The notes under the pieces are model-generated. The model had not been told where the DNA came from and did no database searches. It saw only the letters and a program-made list of their open reading frames with translations. A stretch of 64,000 nt of DNA from an uncultured delta proteobacterium (lineage in GTDB: Bacteria > Desulfobacterota > BSN033 > UBA1163): the NCBI GenBank assembly GCA_963827685.1, contig CAWHBU010000006.1, positions 64,001-128,000 on the forward strand, read 5' to 3'. The translations under genes and the position numbers were made by a program. Numbering within the stretch: position 1 is the first letter of the stretch; every line of letters starts with the position of its first letter. This document shows, in pieces, positions 1 to 9,167 of the stretch.

Positions 1-1502
1 CTGAGCGGGTGAAAGCTGGCGTGCGAACGGCCGGCGGCCTGCCCACGGAATTTTGCACCCTTTCTCTTTGCGATGGGTTGGCCAACGGACATGAAGGAAT
101 GAAATTCATCCTGCCCAGCCGCCAGGTCATTGCGGATTCTGTGGAACTCGGCTTGCGCGCCCATTGTTATGATGCCGCCGTGATGATCGGCTCCTGCGAC
201 AAGATTCTTCCTGCGCTTCTCATCGCAGCCGCCAGGGTCGACATCCCGACGATCATCGTTACGGGTGGACCCATGCCCCGTGGTTACTGGGCAAGGGAGA
301 AAATACAGGCTTCTGTATCGAATTTAGGGGAGATGGTCAGGAAGGTGTTTGCCGGGCACACATCAGCAGAAATACGCGAAGAGGCCTTGTCTTCGTTCTA
401 CCCTTGCGCCGGGGCCTGCTGGGGGATGGGAACAGCCAATACCATGGCCTGCCTGTGTGAAGCCCTGGGAATGAGCCTGCCGGGAGACAGTACCGTCCCG
501 GGAGTGATGGCCCAGAAAAGCCGGCTGGCTGAACGAGCCGGGGAACAAGTTATGGAGCTTCTAAATCAGGGGATTACGCCATTGAAAATCCTGACTCCCG
601 CAAGTTTGGTAAACGCCTTAAAAGTAAATTTGGCCATCGGCGGGTCATTAAATACGGTTTTGCATTTGCCCGCGCTGGCGCACGAATTGGGGGTAAAGCT
701 CGACTATTATGATTTTGACCGGCTCTCCCGGGTCGTTCCTCATTTAACGAACGTGGAGCCGTCGGGTCCTTTCTCGGTTGCAGATCTTGATAGAGCCGGC
801 GGAATCCCTGGCGTGATGAAAACAATGGAACGTCTGCTGGACGATTCGGCGTTAACCGTGACGGGCCAAACGTTGGCCCAAAATCTACAATGGGCGGCTG
901 TGTTCTCGCCGGAAATTATCCGGCCAATGACGGATCCTGTCCACCCTTACGGAGGGATTGCCATTCTTAAAGGTAACTTGGCCGAACGGGGGGCAGTCAT
1001 CAAACAGGTGGCGGTTAAAGAGGACCTGTGGCGCTTTACCGGGGAGGCCAGAGTGTTTAATTCGGAAGAAGATGCCCTGGCCGGCCTGGGCAGTGGCCAA
1101 ATCAAGAAAGGGCAGGTAGTGGTAATTCGCTACGAAGGTCCAAAGGGAGGACCGGGGATGCGTGAGATGGCTCTGTTCCGCAAGGCTTTAAAAATTGCCG
1201 GCATGGGCGATACGAACTACATCGTAACCGATGGCCGCTTTTCCGGTTACAGCGAAGGCCCCTCCATTGGCTACCTCTGTCCCGAAGCAGCCGAGGGGGG
1301 AACGATTGCGCTGGTAGAGAATGGGGACCCAATCGAGATCGATGTGGAGAATCGGTTTCTAAGATTGAAAATCCCAGAGAACGAATTGAAACGTAGGAGA
1401 GAAAACCTTGTCCATCCTCCGAAGAAATACCCAAAGGGTTATCTCGATATTTACGCCAGGATGGTGTCCTCAGCGGATCAGGGGGGCGTGATGGGGGGCT
1501 AA
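1..1502 (+). CDS. ilvD: Dihydroxy-acid dehydratase (IlvD/Edd family), 5'-truncated by window edge
   Basis: Motifs CDG..NGH.GMK..LPSR, SCDK..P, GAC.GMGTANTM, GGS.N..LHL.A, YEGPKGGPGMREM, TDGRFSG; the frame is open to the window start. Confidence 0.9.
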   Translation, partial: ERVKAGVRTAGGLPTEFCTLSLCDGLANGHEGMKFILPSRQVIADSVELGLRAHCYDAAVMIGSCDKILPALLIAAARVDIPTIIVTGGPMPRGYWAREKIQASVSNLGEMVRKVFAGHTSAEIREEALSSFYPCAGACWGMGTANTMACLCEALGMSLPGDSTVPGVMAQKSRLAERAGEQVMELLNQGITPLKILTPASLVNALKVNLAIGGSLNTVLHLPALAHELGVKLDYYDFDRLSRVVPHLTNVEPSGPFSVADLDRAGGIPGVMKTMERLLDDSALTVTGQTLAQNLQWAAVFSPEIIRPMTDPVHPYGGIAILKGNLAERGAVIKQVAVKEDLWRFTGEARVFNSEEDALAGLGSGQIKKGQVVVIRYEGPKGGPGMREMALFRKALKIAGMGDTNYIVTDGRFSGYSEGPSIGYLCPEAAEGGTIALVENGDPIEIDVENRFLRLKIPENELKRRRENLVHPPKKYPKGYLDIYARMVSSADQGGVMGG

Positions 1503-1693
1503 GAAAAAGTGACAATCTTCCTTACGATAAACCGTGGTGCTCCACATTCGAAAGGTTCTGCTACAAGGCTTTGGGGAACTACCAATCACAATGCTGTGTC
1601 TTCCCGAATATCCGCCCAGTGTCCCCGCCGAGTTTGTTCTGAGGTTTATGGTGACGTTAAGGTCGAATCACGCACTCAATACGGTTTTTTTGC

Positions 1694-1722
1694 TTGACAT
1701 AGAATTCCGTATTTCGTATATT
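1694..1722 (+). promoter_or_regulatory. sigma70-type promoter upstream of first LIV operon
   Basis: TTGACA-17 nt-TATATT followed by CAACCCA; the same module recurs at 32981 and 38215. Confidence 0.6.
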
Positions 1723-2008
1723 CAACCCACCCTAAAGCAAGTTCTTAAATAACTCGCCAAACGAGATTTTCAAGAAGAGAATTTTTTGCCCGGCAGTAGA
1801 AGGGCGTGGTCTTTGGCTGGCTCGTTCTGACGTCAGACGGGGAATGCCGTACCACAGGGGCGTAAAGCGGGGTGTCACTAACTTTGACCGAGGGGTGCCA
1901 CGTGACAACAGGCGGATTCCACACCGTAATCCGAGCCTACGAGAAAGGGGATTAGAAGAAGTTTTCTACAACCCAAAAATTTTTTTGGCAAGAGAAAGGA
2001 GGATTCAC

Positions 2009-3376
2009 ATGAAATCGATCGGCAAGGGTATTTTCATTCTCGTATGTATTCTTTCTTTTTTCTCTGTGACAACCTTTAGCCCATCCACGGCGATGGCCTT
2101 CGAGCCACTCAAGGGGGATCTTTCAAAATATGATCCCAATAATCAAACCTTTCCTACTTCGGGGGATACAATTAAGTTCGCGATCTGGGATGCTTGTACC
2201 GGGGCGAACGCCTATCTCTGCCAGGCCTACTCTGCCTTGCTTGGGTTTGTTGCCCAGGATATCAACTCCCAGGGCGGAATCAAGGTAGACGGCAAGATGA
2301 AGAAGATCCAGATCGTCAAGGTCGATACCCAGTCGGCGCCTGACCCGGCCAAACGAGCACTTGAAAAGGCCATCCTGCAAGACAAGATTATCGCCTTTTC
2401 TGGAGTAGCCGGCACCCACATTGCCAAGATAGGCCAGAACCTGGCCAAAGAATATAAAGTCATTTTCGTCAACCTGTCCGCTTATTCAGATGAACTGAGT
2501 ATGCTTCCGGATTTTAATGAATATTACTTTCGCACCTGCGGGACCGCTTCCACTTCCGCCAAGAGTCTGGCTGTTTTTTACAAAAACCGACCGGAAACGA
2601 AATTTTACATTTTAGCCCAGGATTATGTTTGGGGACACGAATCTGCGGGCGTCTTCAAAAAGACGATAAAAGAAGCCAAACGCAATGCCCAGATCGTCGG
2701 TGAAGAGTACTTTCCTCTGTTCACCAAGGACTTTGCCCCCTATCTGGAAAAGGTCAGGGCTTCCGGGGCGGAGATGGTTGTCACTATGGCCTGGGGGGCG
2801 GATAACGAGAACCTGATCAAGCAATCGAGACAACTTGGCTTGAAAAGTCCCTTGAAACCCGATCTTTTTATTCCCATGGCCAGTCCTTTTCTGGACGATA
2901 CCCGCCCCCTGGAGGTTATCGGCGGTCCGGCAGGCCGAGGCTTGGTCCTGTGCACGGATTTCTACCTGGACCGTAGGGTGGCCAATGTCAAGAAATTGAC
3001 TGATACATGGAACAAATTGTGGAAGACATGGAAAGACCCCTATGATTCAGTGCTTTACCAATGGCCCGGCGGCGGCTGGTATAGAAACCTTACGGGGTAC
3101 TACTGGTTTTTCCAGGTATTGCAAAAGGCCGGCAGCACCGATCCGCAGAAGATCATCGCCGCCTGGGAAGGAGACACCCTCGACTTTTTCGGCTGGAAAC
3201 ATTATATGCGGCCCGATGATCATCAGGTTATAGCAGACCGTCCCATCGCTGAAATGGCGTTCCCCAATACCTGGGACCGCCCCACATGCGCAATGGTTGG
3301 CGATGCTGCCTGGATACCGGCCAAGAACTGCATGCCCGCCTTCGATGAAAAACTCAAAGGACGTGTAAAAAAATAG
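2009..3376 (+). CDS. LIV/HAAT-family ABC transporter substrate-binding protein
   Basis: ATG at 2009 after AAAGGAGG; signal peptide; DINSQGGI..DG, QDYVWG, KDFAPYLEKV and KAGSTDP motifs. The ORF-track start at 1844 is an unlikely extension. Confidence 0.9.
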   Translation: MKSIGKGIFILVCILSFFSVTTFSPSTAMAFEPLKGDLSKYDPNNQTFPTSGDTIKFAIWDACTGANAYLCQAYSALLGFVAQDINSQGGIKVDGKMKKIQIVKVDTQSAPDPAKRALEKAILQDKIIAFSGVAGTHIAKIGQNLAKEYKVIFVNLSAYSDELSMLPDFNEYYFRTCGTASTSAKSLAVFYKNRPETKFYILAQDYVWGHESAGVFKKTIKEAKRNAQIVGEEYFPLFTKDFAPYLEKVRASGAEMVVTMAWGADNENLIKQSRQLGLKSPLKPDLFIPMASPFLDDTRPLEVIGGPAGRGLVLCTDFYLDRRVANVKKLTDTWNKLWKTWKDPYDSVLYQWPGGGWYRNLTGYYWFFQVLQKAGSTDPQKIIAAWEGDTLDFFGWKHYMRPDDHQVIADRPIAEMAFPNTWDRPTCAMVGDAAWIPAKNCMPAFDEKLKGRVKK

Positions 3377-3396
3377 GCCATCTTTAAACCCTGGTA

Positions 3397-3434
3397 AAAG
3401 CTCGCCTCCACTTAAAGTCGGAGGCGGGTTTTTT
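3397..3434 (+). terminator. Hairpin with T-tract after the binding-protein gene (terminator or intra-operon stabiliser)
   Basis: CTCGCCTCC...GGAGGCGGG followed by TTTTTT. Confidence 0.65.
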
Positions 3435-3477
3435 AGCAGGGTTCTCTTTGGACTCTTTTTAGCAGGAGGATATCGAG

Positions 3478-4350
3478 ATGAGCCCGACCGCCGTGTTGTA
3501 TGTTGCTCAAGCCATTCACGGCCTGGCCTACGGAATGTTGCTTTTTCTGGTAGCATCCGGTCTTACCCTAATCTTCGGCATGATGGGGATTCTAAACATG
3601 GCCCATGCCTCTTTTGCCATGCTGGCCGCCTATTTCTGTTTCCAGGTTTTACAAATGACCGGAAATTTTTGGGCGGCGCTATTGATTGCACCGGTTTTTG
3701 CCGGGATCTGTGGGGTTCTGACGGAGCGCTTTCTCTTGAGGACCGTGCATAAACACGGCCATCTGGCCGAACTTCTCATAACCGTGGGAATCATGGCGCT
3801 CATCTTGGAACTCGTCAAACTCTTCTGGGGCACCGAGAGCCTGGTTATCAAGATACCTCCGAGTTTGAGCGGACTGTTGAAAATTGCCGGTCTGACCTAC
3901 CCCGTCTATCGCCTTTTCGTTATCGGGGTATCCATCGTGATTTTGGGTTTGATGGCTTTGATTCTATATAAGACCCGTTTGGGCAAAATCGTTCGGGCGG
4001 CCGTTTCCGACGCGGATATGGTCAGTGCCCTGGGGATTAATACACCCCTTGTCTTTATGCTGGTTTTTGGAATCGGGATATGGCTGGCCGGCGTGGCCGG
4101 GGCCGTGGCCGGCCCACTCCTGACCGTGTTTCCCGGAATGGCCGACCAATTGGGCATGGATGCCTTTGTGGTGGTGGTTGTGGGAGGGTTCGGAAGTCTT
4201 TTAGGGGCTTTTATTGTCGCCTTGTTTCTTGGAGAACTAAATGCCTACGGCATCCAGTTTATTCCCCGTCTTGCACCCGTACTGATGTTTGCCTTCATGG
4301 CCCTTGTATTAGCCTTTAAACCGATGGGCCTATTTGGAGAAAGAGAATGA
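3478..4350 (+). CDS. livH: Branched-chain amino acid-type ABC permease LivH
   Basis: GL.YG.LLFLVASGLTLIFG, AHAS, T+LG..+RA and VVVGG.GS..GA motifs. Confidence 0.92.
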   Translation: MSPTAVLYVAQAIHGLAYGMLLFLVASGLTLIFGMMGILNMAHASFAMLAAYFCFQVLQMTGNFWAALLIAPVFAGICGVLTERFLLRTVHKHGHLAELLITVGIMALILELVKLFWGTESLVIKIPPSLSGLLKIAGLTYPVYRLFVIGVSIVILGLMALILYKTRLGKIVRAAVSDADMVSALGINTPLVFMLVFGIGIWLAGVAGAVAGPLLTVFPGMADQLGMDAFVVVVVGGFGSLLGAFIVALFLGELNAYGIQFIPRLAPVLMFAFMALVLAFKPMGLFGERE

Positions 4351-5324
4351 GGAATAAACTGTATAAGTGGATTCTATGGGGAGTGCTCGTTATCCTTGTA
4401 GCCATCCTTCCGCGTCTGGTCAGCTTCTACTATCTCAACTTCTTTATAGCCTTTGCCATTTTTTCCTTGTATGCCGTCACTCTCAACTTGCTCCTGGGCT
4501 ATATGGGGGTCCTCAGCTTTGGCCACGCTATGTTTTTCGGCACAGGGGCCTATGTGGCGGCGCTGGCCTTGAGGCATATACAGGGATTTCCCCTGTTACC
4601 GACAATCCTAATGGGCGGATTGGCCGGCGGCCTGTTGGCCTTGATGTTAAGTCCTTTGCTGGTGAGAGTAAGCGGGACCGCCTTTGCCATGTTGACCCTG
4701 GCCTTTGGCCAGCTCATCTTTGTCGTCGCCCTGAAATATAGAGAGGTAACCGGCGGGGAGGACGGCATTGGGGGATATCCCATTCCGCCACTTAACATCC
4801 CCGGTGTGCTGTCTATTGATATGACCGATAAGATAAACTTTTATTATTTTGCCGTTGCCGTTGTAGCTATATGCCTTTACATCTTGTGGTTTTATACCAA
4901 GACTCCCTTCGGCAGCCTCGTCGTGGGCATCCGGGATAATGCCCTGCGAATGGACTACCTGGGTTTTAATCTCCCGCAGACCAAGGCGATCAATTTGATC
5001 GTTTGTGGGGCCTTTGCCGGGATTGCCGGTGCGGTTCATGCCCTGCTGATGAAACTGGTTTCCACTGTGGGCGTATTGGACATACATACCTCCTTCAGAC
5101 CCATCGTGATGGCCTATGTCGGGGGTGTAGGGAGCTTTTTCGGCCCGATTATCGGCTCTGGTGTCCTTCACATTTTAGAAGATGTGGTTATTAGATTTAC
5201 TGAGCGGATCGGCCTGGTAAACGGCACGATCTTCATTCTGGTGGTCTTATTCGCGCCAATGGGGCTTGTCGGTCTTTTCAGAGCAGCCAAGGAAAAATGG
5301 TTTCATAAACGGAAGGCTTCATGA
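4347..5324 (+). CDS. livM: ABC permease LivM
   Basis: NLLLGY.G..SFGHA.FFG.GAY, FAMLTLAF, TGGEDG. Confidence 0.92.
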   Translation: MRNKLYKWILWGVLVILVAILPRLVSFYYLNFFIAFAIFSLYAVTLNLLLGYMGVLSFGHAMFFGTGAYVAALALRHIQGFPLLPTILMGGLAGGLLALMLSPLLVRVSGTAFAMLTLAFGQLIFVVALKYREVTGGEDGIGGYPIPPLNIPGVLSIDMTDKINFYYFAVAVVAICLYILWFYTKTPFGSLVVGIRDNALRMDYLGFNLPQTKAINLIVCGAFAGIAGAVHALLMKLVSTVGVLDIHTSFRPIVMAYVGGVGSFFGPIIGSGVLHILEDVVIRFTERIGLVNGTIFILVVLFAPMGLVGLFRAAKEKWFHKRKAS

Positions 5325-6076
5325 ACATTCTGGAAACCAAAAGACTCTATCACGATTTCAGCGGATTGGAAGTGCTTTTCAATGTCAACCTTCAGGTTGA
5401 AGAAGGAGAGCGACACGCCGTCATTGGGCCCAACGGCGCAGGAAAAACAACGCTCTTCAACGTCATCACCGGGACTTACTCGCCGAGCCGGGGACAGGTG
5501 TTCTTCAAAGGAAGGGAGATCACCGGGGCCAGGCCACACGAGCTGACGCGCCTCGGAGTGGGACGCTCCTTTCAGATCACCAGCACCTTTAATCGGCTGA
5601 CCACTTTCCAGAACATTCGACTGGCCATCCTTTCTAAAAAGGAAATCCGTTTCCATTTGTTCCGCAAGGTCGACAAGATGGAGGACATCACCAAACAGAC
5701 CGACGAGGTATTAAGGCGGATCAACCTGGACCGGGAGCGGGACATGCCCGCTGGTATGCTGTCATACGGGAAACATCGTTCTCTGGAAATCAGCCTGGCC
5801 CTGGCGACAGACCCGGACCTGATCATGTTGGACGAGCCCACGGCTGGCATGTCCCGGGATGAAACGCATTATGCCGTGGAGCTGATCAGGCGGCTTACCG
5901 AGGGCAAAACCGTGGTCATCATTGAGCATGATATGGATGTCGTCTTCTCCCTGGCAGACCGCATCACGGTCCTCCACCATGGGGAGATTTTAGCGACAGG
6001 CCCTCCGCTTCAGATCCGGCAGAATCAGGCGGTGAAGGATGCCTACCTGGGAGAAACGGAAGTTGAATCCGCATAG
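5321..6076 (+). CDS. livG: ABC ATPase LivG
   Basis: GPNGAGKTT, RSFQI, LSYG, LDEPTAG, IEHDM, AYLG. Confidence 0.93.
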   Translation: MNILETKRLYHDFSGLEVLFNVNLQVEEGERHAVIGPNGAGKTTLFNVITGTYSPSRGQVFFKGREITGARPHELTRLGVGRSFQITSTFNRLTTFQNIRLAILSKKEIRFHLFRKVDKMEDITKQTDEVLRRINLDRERDMPAGMLSYGKHRSLEISLALATDPDLIMLDEPTAGMSRDETHYAVELIRRLTEGKTVVIIEHDMDVVFSLADRITVLHHGEILATGPPLQIRQNQAVKDAYLGETEVESA

Positions 6077-6172
6077 CGCATGGCGCAGAGCACATTGCGT
6101 AAGAAGAAGTTTAGAATCTTTTTCAAGTTTTTAACCTCATGCGCAGTGCTCTATGCGCTCTGCGCTTTCTGC
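6071..6172. repeat. Inverted heptamer-repeat element (GCATAGC-type left arm, GCTATGC-type right arm) between livG and livF
   Basis: GCATAGC GCATGGC GCAGAGC, an AT-rich spacer, then TCTATGC GCTCTGC GC. Confidence 0.7.
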
Positions 6173-6183
6173 AAGGAGCAGAG

Positions 6184-6900
6184 ATGTTATTAGAAATCCG
6201 TGATCTGAATACCTACTACGGCACGAGCCATGTCTTACAAGGGATCTCCCTGAGCGTTGCTCAAGGGGAATTGATCGCCCTTCTGGGTCGAAACGGCATG
6301 GGGAAAAGCACAACCCTAAAAAGTATCATCGGCCTGGTCAAACCGAAATCGGGGTCGGTGATCTTTCAGGAAAAGGATATTGCGGGTTATCCGCCTTACA
6401 AGGTGGCCAGGGCTGGTATCGGTTATGTTCCTGAGGAGAGGCGGATCTTCCCCAATCTCTCCGTGCTGGACAACCTGTTCTTGGGAGTCAAGGGAGGGAA
6501 AATCGGCAATCCCAATGATCCAAGCGTATGGACAGTGGACAGAATCTTTCGCCATTTCCCCATGCTACAAAAGAGAGCCCAGCAGCCAGGGAGGTTCCTA
6601 TCCGGAGGTGAGCAGCAGATGTTAACCATTGGTCGCTCCCTGATGGGTAATCCCGGATTGTTGCTGGTTGACGAACCCACGGAAGGCCTTTCGCCGCTCC
6701 TGGTCAACGAAGTCAGGGATATCCTGGAAGAGATCAATAAAGCCGGCGTCTCCATTCTCTTGGTGGAGCACAGCATCAAGGTCGCGATGTCTTTGGCAGA
6801 CCGCGTCTACCTGATGGGCAAAGCGCATATAGGGTTTGCGGGTACTACTGAGGAGTTAAGGGCCAAACCGCAGGTCCGAGAGAAATATTTGGAAGTCTGA
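6184..6900 (+). CDS. livF: ABC ATPase LivF
   Basis: ATG at 6184 after AAGGAG; GRNGMGKSTT, VPEERRIF, LSGGEQQML, DEPTEGL. Confidence 0.93.
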   Translation: MLLEIRDLNTYYGTSHVLQGISLSVAQGELIALLGRNGMGKSTTLKSIIGLVKPKSGSVIFQEKDIAGYPPYKVARAGIGYVPEERRIFPNLSVLDNLFLGVKGGKIGNPNDPSVWTVDRIFRHFPMLQKRAQQPGRFLSGGEQQMLTIGRSLMGNPGLLLVDEPTEGLSPLLVNEVRDILEEINKAGVSILLVEHSIKVAMSLADRVYLMGKAHIGFAGTTEELRAKPQVREKYLEV

Positions 6901-7243
6901 AATAGTTGAGTGAGGAGAAACAGCAACCACTTTTGCTTTTCACCTAAAATCCTGAGCATTTCATTTAAAACTTTCCTTTAACACTTCCCTGGGTCAGTCG
7001 ACGCTAAATTTTTTAGGCACCTTGGCTAATTCATAAATGCCTTTACGGACAGTTAAAATTCTTAATAAAATAATCGAATAGGTTAACAAGCTTATTGACT
7101 TTTGTGCGTAGCATCATTTAGTAACACTCATTAAAAGAGACTTCCCATCGATTCCCCAAAGTGGACAGCGCCTGCAAATAGGCCCAGCAATCAGCTAAAA
7201 AGGAGAATCAATAATCTATAAATCATTCGGAGGTACAACAAGT

Positions 7244-8905
7244 ATGGATCTGAAACCCTGGCATAGACATTATGATTACAATGTGCCAACGACCGTCCGC
7301 GTGCCGCGCTTGGCGATCCATGAGCTGATCCAAATTCCTGCCAACGCCTACCCGGACAAGGCCGCCCTTAACTTTTACGGGACGGAAATAACCTTCTGGG
7401 AGCTACGCCTCCTGATCATGCGGTTCGCCAACGCTTTAGGAGCCCTGGGTGTTCAGAAAGGGGAGCGGGTGGGGATCCATCTGGAGAACTGCCCCCAATA
7501 TCCAATCGCCTACTATGCAGTGTTATCACTGGGTGCGATCGTCGTGAATCTCAACCCCATGTACACGGCTGAAGAGCTTAAGCTAATGGCTAACGTCACA
7601 GGTCTGACAACCCTGATCACCTTTGACATGGGGCTTCCCGCCATCCGAGTCCTGTGTAAAGAGGCTCCTATCCCTCGAGTGATCGTAACCAAGGTTACGG
7701 ACTATATTAAAGGCAGGGGCGTAAGCACCGCAGCCAGCTTGGATCTGGAAAAGGGATGGCATCATTTCTCGACCCTCATCGACAGCGTCCAGACCAGCAA
7801 ACGCCCCCGTGTCCAGGTAAACCCGGAAGATCCAGCCTTGATTCAGTTCACGGGCGGAACCACTGGCATCCCCAAAGGAGCCGTCCTCACGCATGCCAAT
7901 GTGATTGCAGCAACCTTTCGATGCGCACTATGGGGGAATCCTTCAATTATCCTAACTCCCTACGAAAGACGCAATGTCATCGCGGTCCTGCCCTACTTCC
8001 ATGTCTACGGAAACATTGTGGTGATGAACTGGGCGCTTTTCAGTTGCGCCACTCAAATTATCGTTTCCCGGTTCCAGATTGATGAATTCATGGACCTTCT
8101 GGCCGACTTCAAAGAGATCACCTTTTTCCCTTCCGTACCCACGATGATCAACGCGGTCATTAATCATCCTAAGGCCGCAGAACTTGACCTGGACCGAAAA
8201 CTGGGCGTGTTGAGTTCTGGAGGCGCACCGATGCCAATGGAGCTCATCGAGCAGGTTAAAGATATGGGTATCTTTTTCGGGGAGGGATACGGCTTGTCCG
8301 AGTCCACGGCCCTGGGGATTTCCAATCCTATTCTGGGTCATAAAGTGGGCAGCATCGGGGTCCCCGTACCGGACAATGATGTGCGCCTCGTCAGCATCAA
8401 GGATGGGGTAACGGATGTGAAGCAGGGCGAGCCAGGGGAGATCATCATGAAAGGCCCCATGATCATGCAGGGGTACTGGAACAACCCCGAGGAAACGGCC
8501 GGACAGCTAAGAGAGGGATGGCTCTACACCGGGGATATTGCCGTGCAGGATGAAGACGACTATTTCTTTATCGTGGACCGCAAGAAGGACATGATCATCG
8601 CCGGAGGATTCAACATCTACCCCCGGGAGATCGATGAGGTACTTTTTCAGCATCCCAAAGTGCAGGAAGGAGTTGCAGTAGGCATCGCGGACAAGTACCG
8701 CGGTGAAACAGTCAAAGCGTTCATCGTCTTGAAGCCAGGGGAGACAGCCACGGCGGAGGAAATCATCGCCTTCTGCCGGGAGAAGTTGGCTGCCTACAAA
8801 GTCCCGAAGCTGGTAGAATTTCGGTCTTCGCTTCCAAAATCGGCAATCGGAAAAGTTCTGCGTAAGATCCTGCGGGCTGAAGAAGAAGCCGAGAAGAAAG
8901 GATGA
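7244..8905 (+). CDS. Long-chain-fatty-acid--CoA ligase (FadD/LcfA-like)
   Basis: FTGGTTGIPKG, EGYGLSE, GWLYTGD, DRKKDMII.GG.N+YPRE+, AYKVP, GKVLR. Confidence 0.92.
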   Translation: MDLKPWHRHYDYNVPTTVRVPRLAIHELIQIPANAYPDKAALNFYGTEITFWELRLLIMRFANALGALGVQKGERVGIHLENCPQYPIAYYAVLSLGAIVVNLNPMYTAEELKLMANVTGLTTLITFDMGLPAIRVLCKEAPIPRVIVTKVTDYIKGRGVSTAASLDLEKGWHHFSTLIDSVQTSKRPRVQVNPEDPALIQFTGGTTGIPKGAVLTHANVIAATFRCALWGNPSIILTPYERRNVIAVLPYFHVYGNIVVMNWALFSCATQIIVSRFQIDEFMDLLADFKEITFFPSVPTMINAVINHPKAAELDLDRKLGVLSSGGAPMPMELIEQVKDMGIFFGEGYGLSESTALGISNPILGHKVGSIGVPVPDNDVRLVSIKDGVTDVKQGEPGEIIMKGPMIMQGYWNNPEETAGQLREGWLYTGDIAVQDEDDYFFIVDRKKDMIIAGGFNIYPREIDEVLFQHPKVQEGVAVGIADKYRGETVKAFIVLKPGETATAEEIIAFCREKLAAYKVPKLVEFRSSLPKSAIGKVLRKILRAEEEAEKKG

Positions 8906-8999
8906 TGGGGGAAAAAAGCAAAAGATAAAAAACAACAAACAAGTGTGGGCTCATCCATTAAAAGGCACCTGTCGAACCTATAATTAGCGATACATGCCA

Positions 9000-9028
9000 T
9001 TGACTTCCCTTTGGCTTAATTTTATACT
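9000..9028 (+). promoter_or_regulatory. sigma70-type promoter of the AOR gene
   Basis: TTGACT-17 nt-TATACT. Confidence 0.55.
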
Positions 9029-9167
9029 TTTTCCATAAAAATCGTTGTTATCAAAAAAAGCTGCGGGGGAAGGCATTCATCTTGCCTGTTCTGTTTTCCT
9101 CTGGTTGCGTGTCTCGTCGGGCCATGAAAACTGGATGAGGAATTTCATCCAATAAAGGAGTAGAACC

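Noticed and set aside
1844-2008. N-terminal extensions in the ORF track (also 6139, 18554, 20146, 38879, 47863, 51953, 59855, 61398)
   Set aside because: In most cases a downstream ATG has a better RBS or gives the typical family N-terminus; the 20146 extension simply lacks similarity to the ORF6N family.
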